34,065 nucleotides of DNA from Malacoraja senta (lineage: Eukaryota). A program made the position numbers and the translations under genes. Every line of letters starts with the position of its first letter. Position 1 is the stretch's first letter. Location of the stretch: assembly GCA_038087875.1 (NCBI GenBank), contig JAXLNO010000634.1, positions 1 to 34,065 of the forward strand, given 5' to 3'. Below, piece by piece: positions 1-9,294 of the stretch. A model generated the notes under the pieces. It saw only the letters and a list, made by a program, of their open reading frames with translations. It did no database searches and was not told the origin of the DNA.

Positions 1-3000
1 GCCGGATTTATCGCGACGTTGCCGGAAATGTGGCGACCTTGCCGGATTCATGGCGACCTTGCCGGAAATGTGGCGACCTTGCCGGATTGATGGCGACCTT
101 GTCGGATTTGTGGCGAACTTGCCGAATTTATGGCGACATTGCCGGAAATGTGGCGACCTTGCCGAATTTGCGGCGACCTTGCCGGATTTATGGCGACCTT
201 GCCCGAAATGTGGCGACCTTGCCGGATTAATGGCGAAATTATCGGATTAATGGCGACCTTGCCGGAAATGTGGCGCCCTTGCCGGATTTGTGCCGACCTT
301 GCCCGATTTATGGCGACCTTGCCTGAATTGTGGCGACCTTGACGGATTTGTGGCGACCTTGACGGTTTATGGCGACCTTGATGGGGATGTGGCGACCTTA
401 CCGGATTTGTGTCGACCTTGCCGGATTTATGGCGACATTGCCGGAATTGTGGCGACCTTGCCGGAATTGTGGCGACCTTGACGGATTTATGGCGACTTTG
501 TGGGATTTGTGGCGACCTTGTCGGATTTATGACGACCTTGCTGGAAATGTGGCGACCTTGCCGGATTCATGGCGACCTTGCCGGAAATGTGGCGTCATGC
601 CGGATTTGTGGCGACGATGCCGGATTTCTGGAGACCTTGCCGAAATGTTGCGAACTTGCCGGATTTGTGGCGACCTTGCCGGATCTATGGCGACCTTGCC
701 GGAAATGTGGCGACCTTGCCGGATTTGACGCGACCTTGCCGGAAATATGGCGACTTTGCCGGATTTATGGCGTCATAGCCGGATTTATGGCGACCGTGCC
801 GGAAATACGACGACCTTGCCGGAGTTATGGCGACTTTGCAGATTTATGGCAAACTTGCCGGATTTATGGCGACTTTGCCGGAACTATGGCGACATCCCCG
901 GAAATATGGCGACCTTGCCCGATTTATGGCGACCTTGACGGAAATATGGCGACCTTGCCCGATTTGTGGCGACCTTGCTGGATTTGTGGCGACTTTGCCG
1001 GAAATATGGCGACCTCACCGGATTTAAGTCGACCTTGCCGGATATATGGCGACCTTGCCGGAAATATGGTGACCTGGCCGAATTTGTGGCGAACTTGCCG
1101 GAAATATGGCGACCTTGCCGGAAATATGGCGACCTCGCCGGATTGATGGCGACCTTGCCGGAAATATGGCGACCTCGCCGGATTTATGGCGACCTTGCCG
1201 GAAATATGGCGACATTGCTGGACTTCTGTCGACCTTGCCGGATTTATGGCGATCTTGCCAGATTTGTGGCGACCTTGCCGGAAATATGGCGACCACGCCG
1301 GATTTAATGCGACCTTGCCGGATAATTGGCGACCTTGCCGTAAATATGGCTCACTCGCCGGATTTATGGCGATCTCGCCGGATTTGTGGAGACCTTGCCG
1401 TAAATATGGCGACGTTGCCGGAAGCATGGCGTCCTCGCCGGATTTTTTGCGACCTTGCCAGATTTACGGCGACCTTGCCGGAAATATGGCGACCTTGTCG
1501 GATTTGTGGCGAACTTGCCGGAAATATGGCGACCTTCCCGGATTTATGGCGACCTTGCCGGATTTGTGGCGACTTTGCGGGAAATATGGCGACCTCACCG
1601 GATTTATGGCGACCTTGCCGGATATATGGCGACCTTGCCGGAAATATGGCGACCTCGCCGAATTTGTGGCGAACTTGCCGGAAATATGGCGAGCTTGCCG
1701 GAAATATGGCGACCTCGCCGAATTTGTGGCGAACTTGCCGGAAATATGGCGAGCTTGCCGGAAATATGGCGACCTCGTCAGATTTATGGCGACCTTGCCG
1801 GAAATATGGCGACCTCGCCGGATTTATGGCGACCTTGCCGGAAATATGGCGACCTTGCTGGACTTCTGTCGACCTTGCCGGATTTATGGCGATCTTGCCG
1901 GATTTGTGGCGACCTTGCCGGAAATATGGCGACCACGCCGGATTTAATGCGACCTTGCCGGATAATTGGCGACCTTGCCTGAAATATGGCGACCTCGCCG
2001 GATTTGTTGCGACCTTGCCGGATTTATGGCGACTTTGCCGGAAATATGGCGACCTTGCCGGATTTGTGGCGACATTGCCTGATTTATGGCGACCTTGCCG
2101 GAAATATGGCGACCTTGCCAGATTTGTGGCGACCTTGCCGGATTTATGGCGATCATGTCGGAAATATGGCGACCTTGCCGGATTTGTGGCGATCTTGCCG
2201 GATGTATGGCGACCTTGCCGGAAATATGGCGACCTCTCCAGATTTATGGCGACCTTGCCGGATATATGGCGACCTTACAGGAAATATGGCGACCTCGCCG
2301 GATTTATGGCGCCCTTGCCGGAAATATGGCAACATGGCCGGATTTATGGCGACCTTGCCGGAAATGTGGCGACCTCGCCGCATTTATGGCGACCTTGCCG
2401 GAAATATGGCGACATTGCTGGACTTCTGTCGACCTTGCCGGATTTATGGCGATCTTGCCGGATTTGTGGCGACCTTGTCGGAAATATGGCGACCACGCCG
2501 GATTTAATGCGACCTTGCCGGATAATTGGCGACCTTGCCGGAAATATGGCGACCTCGCCGGATTTGTGGCGACCTTGCCGGATTTATGGCGACTTTGCCG
2601 GAAATATGGCGACCTTGCCGGATTTGTGGCGACATTGCCGGATTTATGGCGACCTTGCCGGAAATATGGCGACCTTGCCAGATTTGTGGCGACCTTGCCG
2701 GATTTATGGCGATCAAGTCGGAAATATGGCGACCTTGCCGGATTTGTGGCGATCTTGCCGGATGTATGGCGACCTTGCCGGAAATATGGCGACCTCTCCG
2801 GATTTATGGCGACCTTGCCGGATATATGGCGACCTTGCAGGAAATATGGCGACCTCGCCGGATTTATGGCGTCCTTGCCGGAAATATGGCAACATCGCCG
2901 GATTTATGGCGACATTGCCAGAAATATGGCGACCTCGCCGCATTTATGGCGACCTTGCCGGAAATATGGCGACCTTGCCGGAAATATGGCGTCCATGCCG

Positions 3001-3024
3001 GGTTTGTGGCGACCTTGACGGATT
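1..3024. repeat. 20-bp tandem satellite array, segment 1 (continues past window start)
   Basis: Continuous head-to-tail copies of GGCGACCTTGCCGGA followed by TTTAT, AATAT, TTTGT or AATGT. It ends at ...GACCTTGACGGATT (3024), where non-satellite sequence begins. Confidence 0.99.
1830..2970. repeat. 560-bp (28-monomer) tandem higher-order duplication
   Basis: Variant strings recur at offset 560: GACTTCTGTC at 1861/2421, GACCACGCCGGATTTAATGC at 1931/2491 and GATGTATGGC at 2201/2761. Confidence 0.9.
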
Positions 3025-3065
3025 GGATAGGGGAGAGTGGATAGGGTAGAGTGGATAGGGGAGAA
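3024..3065 (+). repeat. Three tandem 14-bp units at the LINE 5' junction (copy 1)
   Basis: TGGATAGGGGAGAG (3024-3037), TGGATAGGGTAGAG (3038-3051) and TGGATAGGGGAGAA (3052-3065). Confidence 0.95.
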
Positions 3066-4182
3066 CCAGTGGATGTGTTGTATCTGGACTTTCAGAAGGC
3101 TTTCGACAATGTACCACATAAGAGATTAGGATACAAACTTAAATCACACGGTATTGGGGGTTCAGTATTGATGTGGATAGAGAACTGGCTGGCAAACAGG
3201 AAGCAAAGAGTAGGAGTAAACGGGTCCTTTTCACAATGGCAGGCAGTGACTAGTGGGGTACCGCAAGGCTCAGTGCTGGGACCCCAGCTATTTACAATTT
3301 ATATTAATGATCTGGACGAGGGAATTGAAAGCAACATCTCCAAGTTTGCGGATGACACTAAGCTGGGGGGCAGTGTTAGCTGTGAGGAGGATGCTAGGAG
3401 ACGGCAAGGTGACTTGGATAGGCTGGGTGAGTGGGCAAATGTTTGGCAGATGCAGTATAATGTGGATAAATGTGAGGTTATCTACTTTGGTGGCAAAAAC
3501 GGGAAGGCAGGCTATTATATAAATGGTGGCCCATTAGGAAATGGGGAGATGCAGCGAGACCTGGGTATCATGGTACACCAGTCATTGAAAGTAGGCATGC
3601 AGGTGCAGCAGGCAGTGAAGAAAGCGAATGGTATTTTGGCCATCATAGCAAGAGGATTTGAGTATAGGAGCAGGGAGGTTCTACTGCAGTTGTACAGGGT
3701 CTTGGTGAGACCACACCTGGAGTATTGCGTACAGTTTTGGTCTCCAAATCTGAGGAAGGACATTAAAGCCATAGAGGGAGTGCAAAGAAGGTTCACCAGA
3801 CTGGTTCCTGGGATGTCAGGACTTTCATATGAAGAAAGACTGGATAGACTTGGCTTATACTCGCTAGAATTTAGGAGATTGAGAGGGGATCTTATAGAAA
3901 CGTACAAAATTCTTATGGGGTTGGACAGGCTAGATGCAGGAAGATTGTTCCCGATGTTGGGGAAGTCCAGGACAAGGGGCCACAGCTTAAGGATAAGGGG
4001 GAAGTCCTTTAAGACCGAGATGAGGAAAAACTTTTTCACAGAGAGTGGTGAATCTCTGGAACTCTCTGCCACAGAGGGTAGTTGAGGCCAGTTCATTGGC
4101 TATATTTAAGAGGGGGTTAGATGTGGCCCTTGTGGCTAAAGGGATCAGGGGGTATGGAGAGAAGGCAGGTACGGGATATTGA
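3051..4182 (+). pseudogene. Partial CR1 ORF2 (reverse transcriptase and C-terminal region), frameshifted, copy 1
   Basis: The predicted ORF 3051-4085 begins at an internal GTG. After ...RKNFFT (4040) the CR1-like sequence continues in another frame (QRVVNLWNSLPQRVVEASSLAIFKRGLDVALVAKGIRGYGEKAGTGY, stop TGA 4180-4182), consistent with a 2-bp deletion at about 4038-4041. Confidence 0.93.
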
Positions 4183-4187
4183 GTTGG

Positions 4188-4254
4188 ATGATCAGCCATG
4201 ATCATATTGAATGGCGGTGCAGGCTCGAAGGGCCGAATGGCATACTCCTGCACC
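4188..4254 (+). other. LINE 3' UTR stem-loops (copy 1)
   Basis: ATGATCA-GCCA-TGATCAT (4188-4205) forms a 7-bp stem. GGTGCAGG (4216-4223) pairs perfectly with CCTGCACC (4247-4254). A 3' stem-loop followed by short repeats is the known RT-recognition architecture of CR1/L2-type LINEs; function here is inferred. Confidence 0.75.
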
Positions 4255-4257
4255 TAT

Positions 4258-4281
4258 TTTCTATGTTTCTATGTTTCTATG
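4258..4281 (+). repeat. CR1 3' terminal octamer tail (TTTCTATG)3, copy 1
   Basis: TTTCTATG at 4258-4265, 4266-4273 and 4274-4281. The last TATG is shared with the downstream satellite monomer. Confidence 0.95.
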
Positions 4282-6673
4282 GCGACCTCGCCGGATTTAT
4301 GGCGATCTTGCCGGAAATATGGCGACCTCGCCGGATTTAATGCGACCTTGCCGGTTAAATGGCGACCTTGCCGGAAATATGGCGACCTCGCCGGATATAT
4401 GGCGACCTTGCCGGAAATATGGCGACCTCGCCGGGTTTATGGCGACCTCGCCGCATTTATGGTGACCTTGCCGGAAATATGGCGACCTTGCCGGAAATAT
4501 GGCGACCTTGCCGGATTTGTGGGGACCTTGTCGGATTTATGGCGACTTTGCCGGATTTATGGCGTCCTTGCCGGAAATATGGCAACATCGCCGGATTTAT
4601 GGCGACCTGGCCGGAAATATGGCGACCTCGCCGCATTTATGGCGACCTTGCCGGAAATATGGCGACCTTGCCGGAAATATGGCGACCATGCCGGGTTTGT
4701 GGCGACCTTGCCGGATATATGGCTACTATGACGGAATTATGGCGTCCTTTCCGTATTTGTGGCGACATTGCCTGAAATATGGTGACCTCTCCGGATTTAT
4801 GGCGACCTTGCAGGATTTGTGGCGAAGCCGCAAATATGGCGACCTCACCGGATTTATGACGACCTTGCCGGATTTATGGCGACCTTGCCAGAAATATGGC
4901 GACCTCGCCGGATATATGGCGACCTCGCCGGATTTATGGCGACCTTGCCGGAAATATGGCGACCTTGCCGTAAATATGTCGACCTTGCCGGATTTGTGGC
5001 GACCTTGCCGTAAATATGGCGACCTTGCCGGATTTGTGGCGACCTTGCCAGATTTATGGCGACCTTGCTGGAAATATGGCGACCTTGCCGGATTTGTGGC
5101 GACCTTGCCGGATTTATGGCGACCTTGTCGAAAATGTGGCGACCTTGCCGGGTTTGTGGCGACCTTGCCGGATATATGGCGATCTTGCTGGAAATATGGC
5201 GATGTTGCCGGATTTCTGACGACCTTGCCGGATTTATGGCGACCTTGCCGGATTTATGGCGACCTTTCCGGATTTGTGGAGACCTTGCCGGAAATATGGC
5301 GACATCGTAGGATTTATGGCGACCTTAACAGACTTGTGGCGACCTTGCCGGAAATATGGCGACCTCGCCGCATTTATGGTGACCTTGCCGGATTTATGGC
5401 GACCTTGCCGGAAATATGGCGTCCTCGCCGGATTTGTGTCGACCTTGCCGGATTTATGGCGACCTTGTCTGAAATATGGCTACTTCGAGGGATTTGTGGC
5501 GACCTTGCCGGATTTATGGCGACATTGCCGGAAATATGGCGACATTGTCGGGTTTGTGGCGACCTTGCCGGATTTATGCCGACTTTGCCGGATTTGTGGC
5601 GTCCTTGCCGGATTTATGACGACTTTGCCGGAAATATGGCGACATTGTCGGATTTCTGGCGACCATGCCGGAAATATGGCGACCTTGCCAGATTTGTGGC
5701 GACGTTCCCGGATTTAGGGCGACCTTGTCGGAAATATGGCGACATTGTCGGGTTTGTGGCGACCTTGCCGGATTTATGCCGACTTTGCCGGATTTATGGC
5801 GATCATGTCGGAAATATGGCGACCTTGCCGGATTTGTGGCGATCTTGCCGGATGTATGGCGACCTTGCCGGAAATATGGCGACCTCTCCAGATTTATGGC
5901 GACCTTGCCGGATATATGGCGACCTTACAGGAAATATGGCGACCTCGCCGGATTTATGGCGTCCTTGCCGGAAATATGGCAACATGGCCGGATTTATGGC
6001 GACCTTGCCGGAAATGTGGCGACCTCGCCGCATTTATGGCGACCTTGCCGGAAATATGGCGACATTGCTGGACTTCTGTCGACCTTGCCGGATTTATGGC
6101 GATGTTGCCGGATTTGTGGCGACCTTGTCGGAAATATGGCGACCACGCCGGATTTAATGCGACCTTGCCGGATAATTGGCGACCTTGCCGGAAATATGGC
6201 GACCTCGCCGGATTTGTGGCGACCTTGCCGGATTTATGGCGACTTTGCCGGAAATATGGCGACCTTGCCGGATTTGTGGCGACATTGCCGGATTTATGGC
6301 GACCTTGCCGGAAATATGGCGACCTTGCCAGATTTGTGGCGACCTTGCCGGATTTATGGCGATCAAGTCGGAAATATGGCGACCTTGCCGGATTTGTGGC
6401 GATCTTGCCGGATGTATGGCGACCTTGCCGGAAATATGGCGACCTCTCCGGATTTATGGCGACCTTGCCGGAATATGGCGACCTTGCAGGAAATATGGCG
6501 ACCTCGCCGGATTTATGGCGTCCTTGCCGGAAATATGGCAACATCGCCGGATTTATGGCGACCTTGCCGGAAATATGGCGACCTCGCCGCATTTATGGCG
6601 ACCTTGCCGGAAATATGGCGACCTTGCCGGAAATATGGCGTCCATGCCGGGTTTGTGGCGACCTTGACGGATT
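4278..6673. repeat. 20-bp tandem satellite array, segment 2
   Basis: Same monomer and orientation, lying between the two LINE copies. Confidence 0.99.
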
Positions 6674-6714
6674 GGATAGGGGAGAGTGGATAGGGTAGAG
6701 TGGATAGGGGAGAA
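6673..6714 (+). repeat. Three tandem 14-bp units at the LINE 5' junction (copy 2)
   Basis: Identical to 3024-3065. Confidence 0.95.
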
Positions 6715-7831
6715 CCAGTGGATGTGTTGTATCTGGACTTTCAGAAGGCTTTCGACAAGGTACCACATAAGAGATTAGGATACAAACTTAAATCACACGG
6801 TATTGGGGGTTCAGTATTGATGTGGATAGAGAACTGGCTGGCAAACAGGAAGCAAAGAGTAGGAGTAAACGGGTCCTTTTCACAATGGCAGGCAGTGACT
6901 AGTGGGGTACCGCAAGGCTCAGTGCTGGGACCCCAGCTATTTACAATTTATATTAATGATCTGGACGAGGGAATTGAAAGCAACATCTCCAAGTTTGCGA
7001 ATGACACTAAGCTGGGGGGCAGTGTTAGCTGTGAGGAGGATGCTAGGAGACTGCAAGGTGACTTGGATAGGCTGGGTGAGTGGGCAAATGTTTGGCAGAT
7101 GCAGTATAATGTGGATAAATGTGAGGTTATCTACTTTGGTGGCAAAAACGGGAAGGCAGACTATTATATAAATGGTGGCCCATTAGGAAATGGGGAGATG
7201 CAGCGAGACCTGGGTATCATGGTACACCAGTCATTGAAAGTAGCCATGCAGGTGCAGCAGGCAGTGAAGAAAGCGAATGGTATTTTGGCCATCATAGCAA
7301 GAGGATTTGAGTATAGGAGCAGGGAGGTTCTACTGCAGTTGTACAGGGTCTTGGTGAGACCACACCTGGAGTATTGCGTACAGTTTTGGTCTCCAAATCT
7401 GAGGAAGGACATTATAGCCATAGAGGGAGTGCAAAGAAGGTTCACCAGACTGGTTCCTGGGATGTCAGGACTTTCATATGAAGAAAGACTGGATAGACTT
7501 GGCTTATACTCGCTAGAATTTAGGAGATTGAGAGGGGATCTTATAGAAAAGTACAAAATTCTTATGGGGTTGGACAGGCTAGATGCAGGAAGATTGTTCC
7601 CGATGTTGGGGAAGTCCAGGACAAGGGGCCACAGCTTAAGGATAAGGGGGAAGTCCTTTAAGACCGAGATGAGGAAAAACTTTTTCACAGAGAGTGGTGA
7701 ATCTCTGGAACTCTCTGCCACAGAGGGTAGTTGAGGCCAGTTCATTGGCTATATTTAAGAGGGGGTTAGATGTGGCCCTTGTGGCTAAAGGGATCAGGGG
7801 GTATGGAGAGAAGGCAGGTACGGGATATTGA
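6700..7831 (+). pseudogene. Partial CR1 ORF2 reverse transcriptase, frameshifted and catalytically mutated, copy 2
   Basis: Same frameshift as copy 1 (about 7687-7690), with the native stop TGA at 7829-7831. The catalytic motif reads FAND instead of FADD (A at 7000 versus G at 3351). Confidence 0.93.
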
Positions 7832-7836
7832 GTTGG

Positions 7837-7903
7837 ATGATCAGCCATGATCATATTGAATGGCGGTGCAGGCTCGAAGGGCCGAATGGCCTACTCCTGC
7901 ACC
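7837..7903 (+). other. LINE 3' UTR stem-loops (copy 2)
   Basis: Same two stems as copy 1, with an intact inner GGCC-GAAT-GGCC hairpin. Confidence 0.75.
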
Positions 7904-7906
7904 TAT

Positions 7907-7930
7907 TTTCTATGTTTCTATGTTTCTATG
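7907..7930 (+). repeat. CR1 3' terminal octamer tail (TTTCTATG)3, copy 2
   Basis: Three TTTCTATG units running into TATGGCGACC of the satellite. Confidence 0.95.
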
Positions 7931-9294
7931 GCGACCTCGCCGGATTTATGGCGATCTTGCCGGAAATATGGCGACCTCGCCGGATTTAATGCGACCTTGC
8001 CGGTTAAATGGCGACCTTGCCGGAAATATGGCGACCTCGCCGGATATATGGCGACCTTGCCGGAAATATGGCGACCTCGCCGGGTTTATGGCGACCTCGC
8101 CGCATTTATGGTGACCTTGCCGGAAATATGGCGACCTTGCCGGAAATATGGCGACCTTGCCGGATTTGTGGGGACCTTGTCGGATTTATGGCGACTTTGC
8201 CGGATTTATGGCGTCCTTGCCGGAAATATGGCAACATCGCCGGATTTATGGCGACCTGGCCGGAAATATGGCGACCTCGCCGCATTTATGGCGACCTTGC
8301 CGGAAATATGGCGACCTTGCCGGAAATATGGCGACCATGCCGGGTTTGTGGCGACCTTGCCGGATATATGGCTACTATGACGGAATTATGGCGTCCTTTC
8401 CGTATTTGTGGCGACATTGCCTGAAATATGGTGACCTCTCCGGATTTATGGCGACCTTGCAGGATTTGTGGCGAAGCCGCAAATATGGCGACCTCACCGG
8501 ATTTATGACGACCTTGCCGGATTTATGGCGACCTTGCCAGAAATATGGCGACCTCGCCGGATATATGGCGACCTTGCCAGAAATATGTCGACCTTGCCGG
8601 ATTTGTGGCGACCTCGCCGGATTTATGGCGACCTTGCCGGAAATATGGCGACCTTGCCGTAAATATGTCGACCTTGCCGGATTTGTGGCGACCTTGCCGT
8701 AAATATGGCGACCTTGCCGGATTTGTGGCGACCTTGCCAGATTTATGGCGACCTTGCTGGAAATATGGCGACCTTGCCGGATTTGTGGCGACCTTGCCGG
8801 ATTTATGGCGACCTTGTCGAAAATATGGCGACCTTGCCTGGTTTGTGGCGACCTTGCCGGATATATGGCGATCTTGCTGGAAATATGGCGATGTTGCCGG
8901 ATTTCTGACGACCTTGCCGGATTTATGGCGACCTTGCCGGATTTATGGCGACCTTTCCGGATTTGTGACCTTGCCGGAAATATGGCGACATCGTAGGATT
9001 TATGGCGACCTTAACAGACTTGTGGCGACCTTGCCGGAAATATGGCGACCTCGCCGCATTTATGGTGACCTTGCCGGATTTATGGCGACCTTGCCGGAAA
9101 TATGGCGTCCTCGCCGGATTTGTGTCGACCTTGCCGGATTTATGGCGACCTTGTCTGAAATATGGCTACTTCGAGGGATTTGTGGCGACCTTGCCGGATT
9201 TATGGCGACATTGCCGGAAATATGGCGACATTGTCGGGTTTGTGGCGACCTTGCCGGATTTATGCCGACCTTGCCGGATTTGTGGCGTCCTTGC

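Larger units (their letters stand above)
3025..4281 (+). mobile_element. 5'-truncated CR1-clade non-LTR retrotransposon (LINE), copy 1
   Basis: Encodes RT motifs YLDFQKAFD, SGVPQGSVLGP and FADD, plus the CR1-type C-terminal segment LVRPHLEYCVQFWSP...EGVQRRFTR. It has a ~100-nt 3' UTR ending in 8-bp repeats rather than poly(A). ORF1, the endonuclease and the RT N-terminus are absent. Confidence 0.96.
6674..7930 (+). mobile_element. 5'-truncated CR1-clade LINE, copy 2 (duplicate of copy 1)
   Basis: Collinear with copy 1 at offset 3649, with identical 5' and 3' junctions. I counted 8 substitutions and no indels by eye. Confidence 0.96.

Noticed and set aside
3025..3061. G-quadruplex at the 5' junction
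   Set aside because: It has only three runs of three or more G with long loops, so the canonical four-tract pattern is not met.
3051..4085. Retron, DGR, group II intron or telomerase-like RT that synthesises the repeat array
   Set aside because: The RT is CR1-LINE type with a LINE 3' tail, 5'-truncated and frameshifted, and one copy has lost a catalytic Asp. It interrupts a pre-existing monomer and contains no template for the 20-mer.
1106..4085. Satellite-RT fusion protein
   Set aside because: TAG stops at 3042-3044 and 3047-3049 close the frames entering the LINE. Removing the 28-bp duplication would fuse them in frame, but that is a one-in-three coincidence in a stop-free array.
3515..4096. 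193-aa antisense ORF (also 7164-7745) and the 89-aa alternate-frame ORFs
   Set aside because: These are shadow ORFs of the LINE coding sequence with no recognisable motifs.
4198..4731. 177-aa ORF starting in the LINE 3' UTR (also 7847-8380)
   Set aside because: It is chance read-through from the UTR and tail into stop-free satellite.
3025..7930. LTR pair or composite transposon formed by the two direct repeats
   Set aside because: The repeats are LINE 3' fragments without LTR termini, primer-binding site or inverted repeats, and the identity extends into flanking satellite, indicating tandem duplication.
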